A DNA stretch of 32,550 nt from Solirubrobacterales bacterium (GCA_035704205.1 DASSXC010000249.1:1-32550); one strand, 5' to 3'. Shown: positions 7,470 to 16,298, numbered from the stretch's first letter. The notes: generated by a model from the letters alone, not told the origin. Program-made: numbers and translations.

Positions 7470-7507
7470 CAGCGCAGGAAATGCGCCGAATCAGCGCAAA
7501 TGCAGGC

Positions 7508-7858
7508 TCAGTAGGTGTTCGCCTCGGTCCAGACCCGCCAGATCGCGGCCACCGCGCCGCCGAGCAGGAAGATCCAGGCGAGCGTGCCGCCGCCGCTGGC
7601 GAACATCTCGTCCTTGCCGGCGATCAGCAGGGCGATCAATCCGAAGCCGCCGTAGAGCAGTGCCCGACGACCATCTGTCAGCGTCGCCAAGGTCAGCTGG
7701 TTCTGGCGACTGAGCACGAAGACCGCCCAGGCGATTGCCGCCAGAAAAGCCATCGTGATCGCGGCCAGGATCGCGTCTGCCGCGTTGCCGCCCGCGGGGG
7801 CAAAGGCCACGACCGCGGCAAGCAGCATCACAATCGCGGCGTTTCGCAGGGTCCGCAT
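7508..7858 (-). CDS. Small integral membrane protein (about 4 TM), unknown function
   Basis: Hydrophobic segments throughout, with a high-GC3 coding pattern. No recognisable family. Confidence 0.5.
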   Translation of the reverse strand: MRTLRNAAIVMLLAAVVAFAPAGGNAADAILAAITMAFLAAIAWAVFVLSRQNQLTLATLTDGRRALLYGGFGLIALLIAGKDEMFASGGGTLAWIFLLGGAVAAIWRVWTEANTY

Positions 7859-7877
7859 CAGAGAAATTGTACGGCCG

Positions 7878-8114
7878 TCACTTGCTCGTCATCACGAGGA
7901 TGCCGACGACCACCGCGGCCAAGGTCGCCAGCAGCGCCAGGCCGCCGAGAACCGCGGCGGCACCCGCCGCCAGGGGCCTGCCGCCGCGATTGAGGTCGGC
8001 GAAACGCGCCCCGCCCCAGATCGCAATCGAGAAGACCGTCGTGATGCCGACCCCGGCGATCACCGAGGCGATCACCGTCTCGGCAAGCTCCTTGGTCTCG
8101 ACGAGCGTGGCCAT
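7878..8114 (-). CDS. Small membrane protein (2 TM), unknown function
   Basis: ATG at 8114 lies 3 nt after the PiT stop. Two hydrophobic helices. No Flp-type G/XXXXEY motif. Confidence 0.45.
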   Translation of the reverse strand: MATLVETKELAETVIASVIAGVGITTVFSIAIWGGARFADLNRGGRPLAAGAAAVLGGLALLATLAAVVVGILVMTSK

Positions 8115-8117
8115 CGC

Positions 8118-9215
8118 TCAACTCGCGGGAACCGGCGACCCCTGCTGCGATCGCTTTGCGAAGGCCGCAGCGATCAGGGCCAGTGCCATCAGGGTGACCA
8201 GCACCGGCCCGAGCGCTCCGGTGCCGAAGATCCGCGTCAAGCCGTAGACGGCCCCTCCGATCGCCGCCGCCGCCGGCAGGGTGAGGAGCCAGGCAAAGAT
8301 GATGTTCCCCGCCACGCCCCAGCGCACAGCGGAGACCCGCTTGCCGGCGCCGGCACCCATCACACCGCCGTTGATCACGTGCGTGGTCGAAAGCGGAAAG
8401 CCGAAATGGGTCGAGGCGAGGATCACCGCCGCACCGGCGCCCTGCGCCGAGAATCCCTGGGCGGCGTCCATCTTGATGATCCGGCTGCCCGTCGTGCGAA
8501 TGATTCTCCAGCCGCCGAAGTAGGTGCCGAGCGCAATTGCGGTCGCCGCCGAGACGATCACCCACAGCGGTGGGTCGGCGTTGGCGCTCAAGGTGCCGTT
8601 GGCGATCAGCGCCAGGGTGATCACACCCATGGTCTTCTGCGCATCGTTGGTGCCGTGGGCAAGCGCGAGCAGGCCGCCCGAGACGACCTGGCCGTAACGG
8701 AAGCCGCGTGTGACAGGGCCGGGCCGCTGCCGCCCCACCACCCGGTAGACGATTCCGATGCTGACCCCGGCGACGATGAAGGCGACCAGCGGAGCGACGA
8801 CGGCGGGAACGAGCACTTTTCCGACCAGACCTTCCGCGAACACCGCATCCAATCCCGCTGCGGCGACCGCCGACCCCACCACTCCGCCGATCAGGGCGTG
8901 CGAAGAACTGGAGGGCAGCCCGAACCACCAGGTGACAAGGTTCCAGGCGATTGCCCCGATCAGGCCGGCAAAGACGATCGTCGGCGTGATCACGGCGGCG
9001 TCGACGACGTCGTTGGCGACCGTCGCGGCCACCGAAATCGAGATGAAGGCGCCGACGAAGTTGAGCAGCGAGGCGATCCCGATCGCCACCTGGGGCCGCG
9101 CCGCCCCGGTCGAGATCGACGTCGCCACGACGTTGGCGGTGTCATGGAACCCGTTGGTGAAGTCGAAGGCGAGCGCCGTCCCGACGACGATTACCAGGAT
9201 GACGTCAGAGCTCAT
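8118..9215 (-). CDS. pit: Inorganic phosphate transporter, PiT (PHO4) family
   Basis: The duplicated PiT signature is present (GFHDTANVVATSI and GTNDAQKTMGVITLAL). Polytopic, 365 aa. Confidence 0.9.
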   Translation of the reverse strand: MSSDVILVIVVGTALAFDFTNGFHDTANVVATSISTGAARPQVAIGIASLLNFVGAFISISVAATVANDVVDAAVITPTIVFAGLIGAIAWNLVTWWFGLPSSSSHALIGGVVGSAVAAAGLDAVFAEGLVGKVLVPAVVAPLVAFIVAGVSIGIVYRVVGRQRPGPVTRGFRYGQVVSGGLLALAHGTNDAQKTMGVITLALIANGTLSANADPPLWVIVSAATAIALGTYFGGWRIIRTTGSRIIKMDAAQGFSAQGAGAAVILASTHFGFPLSTTHVINGGVMGAGAGKRVSAVRWGVAGNIIFAWLLTLPAAAAIGGAVYGLTRIFGTGALGPVLVTLMALALIAAAFAKRSQQGSPVPAS

Positions 9216-9236
9216 GATGACGACGATCTGGGGCCG

Positions 9237-9854
9237 TCATGAATTCTTGATGACTATGCCCTCGAGTATCTGAGCCGCCGTCTCCGTGGCGTCGATCGAG
9301 TTCTCGAGCACCGCGAACATGTCCTTCCAGCGGATCACCACCATCGGGTCGATCCCGTTGGAGAAGAGCGAGGCGACGGCGTCGCGCGAGATCCGGTCCC
9401 CCTCGTTCTCGAGCCGGTGGATCTCGATCCAGTAGCGATCGAGCCCCTTCAGCTCGCGCAGGTGATCGAGGCCCTCGGAGAGCTGCTCACAGGCACCGAC
9501 GAGCACCTTCGTCAGCGCCTGGGCCTGGGACATCGGCGCTTCGATCTGGTAGAGGCCGAGCAGGTCTGCGGCTTCCTCGGTGTAGTCGACGATGTCGTCC
9601 ATCTGGGTCGCCAGCCCGTAGATGTCCTCGCGGTCGATCGGCGTGACGAAGGTCGAGTTGAGCCGCTTGATGATGTCGTGGGTGATCCGGTCGCCCTCCT
9701 GCTCGGCCTTGAGGATCTCCCGCGGCAGGTCCCCCCCGTCGGGCCACCTGCCCATCATCTCGTCGAGCAGGCGGGCGGCGTGGACGGTGTTCTGCCCGGC
9801 CTCGATGAAGAGATCGAAGAAGGTGCTATCTCGCGGCAGAAGTGAGAGACGCAT
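9237..9854 (-). CDS. DUF47 / PhoU-like accessory protein paired with PiT
   Basis: 205-aa all-helical protein with an N-terminus of type LLPRDSTFFDLF. It sits directly upstream of the PiT gene, the classic DUF47-PiT pairing. Confidence 0.8.
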   Translation of the reverse strand: MRLSLLPRDSTFFDLFIEAGQNTVHAARLLDEMMGRWPDGGDLPREILKAEQEGDRITHDIIKRLNSTFVTPIDREDIYGLATQMDDIVDYTEEAADLLGLYQIEAPMSQAQALTKVLVGACEQLSEGLDHLRELKGLDRYWIEIHRLENEGDRISRDAVASLFSNGIDPMVVIRWKDMFAVLENSIDATETAAQILEGIVIKNS

Positions 9855-9893
9855 CTGAGCCCATCCTAGTGATCGAAGCCGACCCCGCCTGGC

Positions 9894-11996
9894 CTAGCTT
9901 CCGGCCGTCGCAAACTGCTCGGCGGAGCGGCCGCTGTAGCGCGCGCAGAGCTCGCTCTGCACGCTGCGGCGCTCGCCCTCAGGCGCGCTGAGCCGGGTCC
10001 AGACGCCGTCGGTATCGAGCTCCCAAGCGTTGGCGTTGTCGGCGAAGCAGCGCTCGAGCACGTCGAGCAGCTCGGCCCGCAGGTCCTCGTCTTCGATCGG
10101 CGTGACCAGCTCGACCCGGCTGTCGAGGTTGCGCGGCATCAGGTCCGCCGAGCCGGTCAGGACGCGGGTCTCCTCGCCACGCTGGAAGGCGTAGATCCGC
10201 GAGTGCTCGAGGAAGCGGTTGACGATCGAGACGACGCGGATGTTCTCGGAGATCCCCGGCACGCCCGGGCGCAGGCAGCAGACCCCCCGCACGTTGAGGT
10301 CGACCCTCACCCCCGCCCGCGAAGCCTCGTAGAGGGCCTGGATGCAGCCGGCGTCGACCAGCGCGTTCATCTTCAGCGCGATCCGCGCCTCTTCGCCGGC
10401 CCGGTGCGCCTCGACCGTCGCCTCGATCTCCCCGACGATCCGGTCGCGCATCGTCGTCGGCGAGACCAGCACCTTGCGGTACTCGGTGGGGCGCCCGTAG
10501 CCGGTGAGGAAGTTGAACATCTCGGCGACGTCGGCGCCGATCTCGGGGTCGGCGGTGAAGAGGCCCAAATCGGTGTAGAGGCGAGCCGTGGTCGGGTTGT
10601 AGTTGCCGGTGCCGATGTGGACGTACTCGCGCACCCGGTCGCCCTCGCGGCGGGCGACGACGATCGCCTTCACGTGCGTCTTCAGGCCGGGGATTCCGTA
10701 GACGACGTGGACGCCCGCCTCCTCCATCGACTTCGCCCAGTGGATGTTCGCCTCCTCGTCGAAGCGGGCTTTCAGCTCGACCATGCAGACCGCCTGCTTG
10801 CCGCGTTCGGAGGCCCGGATCAGCGCCGGCACGAGCGGCGAGTCGTCGCTGGTCCGGTACACCGTCTGCTTGATCGCCAGCACGTCGGGGTCGGCGACCG
10901 CCTGGAGGACGAAGCGCTCGACCGAGCTGGCGAACGAGTCGTAGGGATGGTGGACGAGGATGTCGCCCTGGCGGATCGCGGCGAAGATGTCGACCGGCTC
11001 GTCGTCCTCGCCCTGCAGGCGCGGCTGGGTGACCGGCGCCCAGGGCTGGTAGCGCAGCTCCGGATGTCCCGAAGCGTCGACGACCTTGCCGAGGTCGGCG
11101 AGGTCGATCAGGCCGTCGACGTCGTAGACCTCGCGGTCTTCGAGCCGCAGCGCGTCGATCAGCTGGCCGCGCAGCTTGGCGTTCATGCCCGCCGCGACCT
11201 CCAATCGCACCACCTCGCCGAAGCGACGGCGGCGCAGCTCGTCCTGCACCGCCTGGAGCAGATCGTCGGCCTCGTCGGAGATCGTGAAGTCGGCGTCGCG
11301 GGTGACGCGGAAGTATCCGTAGTCGACCACCTCCGCGCCCGGAAAGAGGGCGTCGAGGTTGGCCGCGATCGCCTCCTCCAGGGGGACGAAGACCTCGTTG
11401 CGCTCGCCCACCCGCAGGAAGCGCCCGAGCAGCTCCTTCGGCACCTTGACGCGGGCGATGATCTCGGTGCCGCTGTCGGGATCGCGCAGCAGCACGCCGA
11501 GGCTGAGCGAAAGGTTGGAGATGTAGGGGAAGGGGCGCCCGAGCCCGACCACGAGCGGGGTCAGCGCCGGGAAGACCTGCTCGTGGAAGCGGACGTCGAT
11601 TTCGCGCCGCTCCTCCTCCGTTGCCGTCCCCAGGGTGACGATGCGAATCCCCTGCTCCTCCAGAGCCGGCCGCAAGGTGCCGTTGAAGCAGTCGTGCAGG
11701 CGGGTATCGAGCTCCAGCACCCGTGGCTGGATCGCGTCGATCTGCTCCCGCGAGGCGAGCCCGTCGGGCCCGCGGGCGTCGATCCCGGCGTCGAGCTGGT
11801 CGAAGAGGCCGGCCACCCGGACCATGAAGAACTCATCGAGGTTGGAGGCGTAGATCGAGCAGAACCTGACCCGCTCGAGCAACGGGACCTCAGGGTCCTC
11901 GGCCAGCTCGAGCACCCGCTGATTGAAATCGAGCCAGGAGAGCTCGCGGTTGAAGTAGAGGCCCGGATCGTCGATCGGCCAATCGTACTGGCGCAC
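9894..11996 (-). CDS. ppk: Polyphosphate kinase 1
   Basis: Motifs YFNRELSWLDFNQRVLELAED, HHPYDSF and RFLEHSRIY, with two PLD-like C-terminal domains. GTG 11996 (700 aa) is preferred over the track start 12197, which would overlap the upstream gene. Confidence 0.9.
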   Translation of the reverse strand: MRQYDWPIDDPGLYFNRELSWLDFNQRVLELAEDPEVPLLERVRFCSIYASNLDEFFMVRVAGLFDQLDAGIDARGPDGLASREQIDAIQPRVLELDTRLHDCFNGTLRPALEEQGIRIVTLGTATEEERREIDVRFHEQVFPALTPLVVGLGRPFPYISNLSLSLGVLLRDPDSGTEIIARVKVPKELLGRFLRVGERNEVFVPLEEAIAANLDALFPGAEVVDYGYFRVTRDADFTISDEADDLLQAVQDELRRRRFGEVVRLEVAAGMNAKLRGQLIDALRLEDREVYDVDGLIDLADLGKVVDASGHPELRYQPWAPVTQPRLQGEDDEPVDIFAAIRQGDILVHHPYDSFASSVERFVLQAVADPDVLAIKQTVYRTSDDSPLVPALIRASERGKQAVCMVELKARFDEEANIHWAKSMEEAGVHVVYGIPGLKTHVKAIVVARREGDRVREYVHIGTGNYNPTTARLYTDLGLFTADPEIGADVAEMFNFLTGYGRPTEYRKVLVSPTTMRDRIVGEIEATVEAHRAGEEARIALKMNALVDAGCIQALYEASRAGVRVDLNVRGVCCLRPGVPGISENIRVVSIVNRFLEHSRIYAFQRGEETRVLTGSADLMPRNLDSRVELVTPIEDEDLRAELLDVLERCFADNANAWELDTDGVWTRLSAPEGERRSVQSELCARYSGRSAEQFATAGS

Positions 11997-12015
11997 CCCT
12001 GCCCGCTTCCCAGCC

Positions 12016-14286
12016 TCAGGCGGCCCGGGAAGTGGCTTGCTCGCCGGCGACGTGATCGGCGAGAGCGCGCCGGTAACCGCCGGCGAGTTGCTCGAGCGCC
12101 CGCTCCCAGGAGCGAGTGGCGGCGTTGCGCACGGCCGCGTCGCCGAGCCGGGTCCGCAGCGCGGGAGAGGAAGCGAGCTGCAGCACCGCACCGGCAAGGT
12201 GATCGGCGTCGGGGCGGCAGAGGATGCCGGTGTGGCGGTTCTCGATCAGCGCCGCGGGTCCGCCTTCGCCGACGGCGACCACGGGCAGGCCGCTGGCGCC
12301 GGCCTCGAGCACGACCTGACCGTAGGTGTCGGTGCGCGAGCAGAAGAGGAAGAGGTCGGCGCTGGCGTAGGCGCGGGCGAGGTCCTCGCCGTCGAGCCAG
12401 CCGAGGAAGGTCGCGCGCTCGCCGAGCCTGGAGCGCAGATCCCCCTCCTCCGGACCGCCACCGGCGAGCAGCAGGTGCAGGCGGGGATCGGCGTGGCGCG
12501 CCCGCAGGAAGCTCTCGGCAAGCAGATCCACGCCCTTCTCGCGGGTCAGGCGCCCGGCGTAGAGAACCCGCAGCTCGCCCGGGTGGGCGCTGCGCTCGGC
12601 CTTGCCAGGCGTAAAGCGGGTCACGTCGACGCCGCGCTCCCAGCGATCGATGCGGCCCTCCTCCGCGCCGAGGCCGAGCAGCGAGCGGTCGGCCGCCGGG
12701 CTCGGCGAGAAGACCCGCGAAGGCGCGGTGTAGAAGGCGCCGAGCGCCGCTGTGGAGATCGCCTCGAGCCCTCCGTCGCCGCTGCGCAGGCCGGCGTAGG
12801 TGGCGAGCTCGGTGTGGTAGCTGGCGACGAGTGGCGTGCCCGAGACCCGGCTCAGCAACGAAGCGGCGATCCCAGCCGGGCCGGGAGCGGTCACGTGGAC
12901 CAGGTCGTAGCGCCCCTCGGCGAGCGTTTCGGCCAGATCGGGCAAGCCGGGGACGCCCAGGGTCATGCCCTCGTAAAAGGGGACGCGCAGGGAGGTGGCC
13001 GCCGGCAGGCGGCGGTCCACCCAGGGGTCGGTGCCGACGACCTCGATCTCGAAGCCGGGTACGCCGCGCTCGCGGATCTGCTCGATCGTGTGGGTGACGC
13101 CGTGCATGGCCTCGATCCCGTCGGCGATCAGGGCGACCCGCGGGCGCTCATCAGAGCGCCCCGCCAGCTTTGCCTTCTCGGCGCCGAGGAAGACGGTCGG
13201 CGGCGCGTAGGGAATCGCCGGCAGCAGGGCCGCGAAGAGGCCGCTGATCGCGCCCGGCAGCTCGCCGCTCGTCACCGCTTTCGTCCCCTGCTCGACCGCG
13301 ACGCGCAGGCGGCGGTCGTGGACACGGCGGGCACGGCGGTAGAGGTCGGCGTGCGAGAAGTCCTCGGCCTGGAGATGTTCGATCAGGGCGCGCCCGCGCA
13401 GCTCGATCCCGATCGAGCGCAGCCAGGAGTCGAGCAGGGCACGGGCGTCGTCGGGGCCGATGTCGGCCGCGATCGCCCCCTCGCGAGCGGAGCCCTGGCC
13501 AACCACGCGCTGGGCGATCTTCAGCACCGCGGCGGGATCCGGATCGCCGCCTTCTGCCGCCGCCGAATCGAGCACCAGCGCCCGGGTCGCGAGCGCCATC
13601 GCCGCATGGGCCCATTTGGCGGCACTGCCCTGCTCTCCACAGGCCTCGGCCTCGCCCTGGCGGAGCCGGACAAGAAACTCTTCCGGCGTGGATGCGGACG
13701 GCACCTCGGTGTAGGTGCGGCCGATGTCCACGCCGGCGTGATCGTCGGAGCCACCGATCCCTGTGCTGCCGTGCGTCTCGACGTAGACGACCGCGGGCAT
13801 GTTCAGCTCCGCCGCCCGTGATCCGTTGCGCACCTCCCAGATCGGGAAGAGCTCGGCGAGGCGACGCCGGTGCCGCGCGGTCAGTGGCGCCGCGACGTTG
13901 TAGAAGGGATGGGCCAGAGCGCAGGCGATCTCGTTCTGGTGAAGGTATGCGGCGCAGGCCTCGAGGTCGCCGGCGTTCGCCTGCAGCCACTCGTGGTCCC
14001 CGGGAGTGATCCCGTAGCAGAGGACGTGAACCGCCTGGGGCTCGCCGGCGAAGCGGGCGGTCAGCTCCTCGGAGACGAAGCAGTCGGGACGGCTGGCCAA
14101 CTCGAGGCAACCGTCGATCGTGTCGTGATCGGTGATCGTGACGAAGTCCATCCCCCGCCGCTTCGCCAGTTCGTAGACCTCCTGCGGCGGGGTCGCGCAC
14201 TCAGGCAGTCCCAGTGAGCGCTGGACCCCGAGCCTCGAGAGCTGCGAGGCGGTGGAGTGGCAATGCATGTCAACTCGGGAAGTCAT
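12016..14286 (-). CDS. Fusion protein: N-terminal PHP-domain phosphoesterase + unknown middle region + C-terminal GT4 (group 1) glycosyltransferase
   Basis: The PHP motifs are VDMHCHSTAS, FVTITDHD, AHPF and GGSDDHAG. The GT4 motifs are RVALIADGIEAMHGVTHT, GRLTREKGVDLL and TYGQVVLEAGASGLPVVA (E-x7-E region). ATG 14286 is preceded by GAGAGGAAGG. Confidence 0.85.
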   Translation of the reverse strand: MTSRVDMHCHSTASQLSRLGVQRSLGLPECATPPQEVYELAKRRGMDFVTITDHDTIDGCLELASRPDCFVSEELTARFAGEPQAVHVLCYGITPGDHEWLQANAGDLEACAAYLHQNEIACALAHPFYNVAAPLTARHRRRLAELFPIWEVRNGSRAAELNMPAVVYVETHGSTGIGGSDDHAGVDIGRTYTEVPSASTPEEFLVRLRQGEAEACGEQGSAAKWAHAAMALATRALVLDSAAAEGGDPDPAAVLKIAQRVVGQGSAREGAIAADIGPDDARALLDSWLRSIGIELRGRALIEHLQAEDFSHADLYRRARRVHDRRLRVAVEQGTKAVTSGELPGAISGLFAALLPAIPYAPPTVFLGAEKAKLAGRSDERPRVALIADGIEAMHGVTHTIEQIRERGVPGFEIEVVGTDPWVDRRLPAATSLRVPFYEGMTLGVPGLPDLAETLAEGRYDLVHVTAPGPAGIAASLLSRVSGTPLVASYHTELATYAGLRSGDGGLEAISTAALGAFYTAPSRVFSPSPAADRSLLGLGAEEGRIDRWERGVDVTRFTPGKAERSAHPGELRVLYAGRLTREKGVDLLAESFLRARHADPRLHLLLAGGGPEEGDLRSRLGERATFLGWLDGEDLARAYASADLFLFCSRTDTYGQVVLEAGASGLPVVAVGEGGPAALIENRHTGILCRPDADHLAGAVLQLASSPALRTRLGDAAVRNAATRSWERALEQLAGGYRRALADHVAGEQATSRAA

Positions 14287-14364
14287 CGATGCCTTCCTCT
14301 CTCTATCTCTCAGTTCCCCTCCAGATTCGCCCCTGTGCAGGGAAAACTTGTGAACCAACCGAGA

Positions 14365-14796
14365 TCAGGCAGTGAACATCCAGTGAAGGGCGCGCTCCAG
14401 GGCGGTCCAAATGTCCGCATCGTCTCGCCACAGCTCGGTGAACTGGCGATAGAGGAGCTCGCGCCTGGTGCGGAGGAGATCCTGCAACGACTCGATGCCC
14501 ACCGTGCGGGGCAGCATCACGTCGCAGTCGTGGATGTCGCCGAGCACACCTTGCAGGCGCTTGGCGGCGTCGCGGGCGGCCCTGGCCTCGGGACCAAGGC
14601 AGGGACCGACGATCTCCAGCAGGTAGCGCAATCGCTTCGCGGCGATGCGCATGTCGTGCTGTGTCGTCGTCGCCGACGGCTCCAGTGCCGCCGGGGCGAA
14701 GGAGCGCAGCTCCTCGAGCCGGGTGAGCACGATCCGGACCGCGTTGGGACGCAGCGGCTCCGCCGGGTCGAGGCCCTCGACCTTGCGTGCCTTCAC
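14365..14796 (-). CDS. Short CHAD-domain protein (second of tandem pair)
   Basis: Motifs HDMRIAAKRLRYLLE and LQGVLGDIHDCDV. 143 aa. The GTG start overlaps the upstream stop as GTGA. Confidence 0.75.
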   Translation of the reverse strand: MKARKVEGLDPAEPLRPNAVRIVLTRLEELRSFAPAALEPSATTTQHDMRIAAKRLRYLLEIVGPCLGPEARAARDAAKRLQGVLGDIHDCDVMLPRTVGIESLQDLLRTRRELLYRQFTELWRDDADIWTALERALHWMFTA

Positions 14797-15269
14797 GTCT
14801 TCGCCGCCTTGACCAGCTTGCCCAGGCGCCGCCGCAGCTTCTTCAGGCGCTTGCGCTGGACATAGGGAGCGAGGTCGTCGTTGGCCTGCCGCTGCTCCTC
14901 CCGCAGTCCCTCGATCAGAGCCTCCACAGCAGGGCGATCGGCCTCCGTGGCCTCGCTCGCGAAGCTCGCCAAGAACTCGATCGCGACGTCGCGGTCACGG
15001 CGCTCGCCGAGCGCGTCGGCGAGCGCCTTGACTCGCTTCAACGCCTTGCGGTGGCGCTTCGTCGGAAAGCACGGCTCGAAGACCTCGAGCGCCGCACGCA
15101 GGCGACGGGTCGCCACCCGCATGTCGTGCAGCTTCTCGATGTCACCGGTGTCGAGGACCCCGTCAGAGTGCTCGAACACCTCGGCCACCCGCACCTCGAC
15201 AACCCTCGCCGCCACCTGCCCGAACCGCTCCTCGCAATCGAGCCCAGGTACGTCCCTTGCACGCGCCAC
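14793..15269 (-). CDS. Short CHAD-domain protein (first of tandem pair)
   Basis: Motifs HDMRVATRRLRAALE and LADALGERRDRDV. 158 aa; GTG start at 15269. Confidence 0.75.
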   Translation of the reverse strand: MARARDVPGLDCEERFGQVAARVVEVRVAEVFEHSDGVLDTGDIEKLHDMRVATRRLRAALEVFEPCFPTKRHRKALKRVKALADALGERRDRDVAIEFLASFASEATEADRPAVEALIEGLREEQRQANDDLAPYVQRKRLKKLRRRLGKLVKAAKT

Positions 15270-15276
15270 GCACTCA

Positions 15277-15395
15277 GCCTAGAGCCATCCGGTAGGGGTG
15301 GAACGTCTTGCACTTTTTTTGCGGCGACGATTGCGGACAGTCGCACGCTGTCTTCAAAAAAAGTTAAGTGGAACCCCTACCGGATGGCTCTAGGC
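15277..15395. repeat. Palindromic intergenic element, copy 1 (MITE/REP-like)
   Basis: Perfect 22-bp inverted arms (15278-15299 and 15373-15394), with inner T7/A7 runs that can also pair. The sub-terminal modules are shared with 30963-31077 in inverted orientation. Confidence 0.7.
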
Positions 15396-16298
15396 AGCGA
15401 GCCGCGCCGGTGAGGAGCCGTTGGCGTTGCCGTTGAGCTGGTCGAGGATGACGCCCTCGCGCAGTCCGCCCTTGCCGATCTGCAGCGGCTGACCGAGCAG
15501 CTCCGAGAGCTTCTCCAGCAGCAACACACCGGTGGCCAGGATCCGCACCCGTTCCGGGTCGAGCTCGAAGCGCCGTGCGACGTCGGCGGCGGGATCTCCG
15601 CAGAGCACCCGGACCCCCCGCTCCAGCGTCTCGTACTCCAGCACCGCCCCGACCAGGCGGCGCAGCGAGGTCGCGCTGCCGCCGACCGCGACCGCCTGAA
15701 CCGGCTGCTCGACCTCGACCCCGGTGAAGAGGTCGTCGATCCGATCGCGGATCTTGCGAATCTCCGCCGCCGAGGGCGGGTCGGAGGCGATCAGCTCGTC
15801 GGCCAGAACGCCGGAGCCGACGCGCCAGGAGCGAACCTCCTTCACGCCCCCCGGAACCGTGCCGAGGATGATCTCGGTCGAGCCACCGCCCACGTCGACC
15901 ACGCCGACCAGACCCTCGACTGGATGGCCAAGCGTTTTCGTCGCGCCGATGAAGGAGAGTCGCCCCTCCTCGTCGTCGCTGAGGATGTCCACGGGCACAC
16001 CGGCCGCCTCGCCTATCTCGGCGGCTACCCCCTGACCGTTCGAAGCTTCACGCACCGCCGCCGTCGCCACGGCCCGGATCGTCTCCGCCCCCAGCTCCCG
16101 CGCCAGGCGAACCTGCGTGGCAACGACCTCCGCGACCTCAGCCGCCTTCTCCTCCGGAATCGCCCCCGAATCCCGGATCGCCTTGTTGATCCGCGTGTAG
16201 GCGCGCTGCTCCATCACCTTCTTCAACTGCCCGTCCACAGGTTCCGCCACGAGCAAGCGCGTCGTATTCGACCCGATATCTATGGCGGCGCAGAGCAT
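15390..16298 (-). CDS. ppx: Exopolyphosphatase, Ppx/GppA family (short form)
   Basis: Motifs AAIDIGSNTTRLLVAE and VVDVGGGSTEI (ASKHA fold phosphate loops). ATG 16298 is preferred over the track start 16391. Confidence 0.85.
   Translation of the reverse strand: MLCAAIDIGSNTTRLLVAEPVDGQLKKVMEQRAYTRINKAIRDSGAIPEEKAAEVAEVVATQVRLARELGAETIRAVATAAVREASNGQGVAAEIGEAAGVPVDILSDDEEGRLSFIGATKTLGHPVEGLVGVVDVGGGSTEIILGTVPGGVKEVRSWRVGSGVLADELIASDPPSAAEIRKIRDRIDDLFTGVEVEQPVQAVAVGGSATSLRRLVGAVLEYETLERGVRVLCGDPAADVARRFELDPERVRILATGVLLLEKLSELLGQPLQIGKGGLREGVILDQLNGNANGSSPARLAA

Noticed and set aside
7878-8114. Small hydrophobic protein considered as the missing Flp-type pilin of the Tad-like module.
   Set aside because: It has no Flp G/XXXXEY processing motif and no short charged leader, and it has two long helices. 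It is coupled to the PiT gene (3-nt gap), not to the TadE-like genes.
10203-12614. 803-aa plus-strand ORF antisense to ppk1. Many similar long track ORFs exist (e.g. 1030-1845, 4352-5101, 5814-6680, 7755-9242, 12037-13821, 13151-14200, 17145-18290, 21918-22964, 26734-27648, 27627-29084, 29747-30979).
   Set aside because: They are Arg/Pro/Gly/Ala-rich low-complexity translations with no recognisable motifs. They overlap frames that carry unambiguous family signatures. This is the typical stop-poor shadow-frame pattern of high-GC DNA.
14793-14796. Frameshift splitting a single CHAD gene into two ORFs (pseudogene).
   Set aside because: Each ORF begins with its own N-terminal helix and has its own complete HDMR..RLR and LG..D.DV motif set. 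The junction is a clean GTGA stop/start overlap like other coupled genes here. This remains testable with read data.
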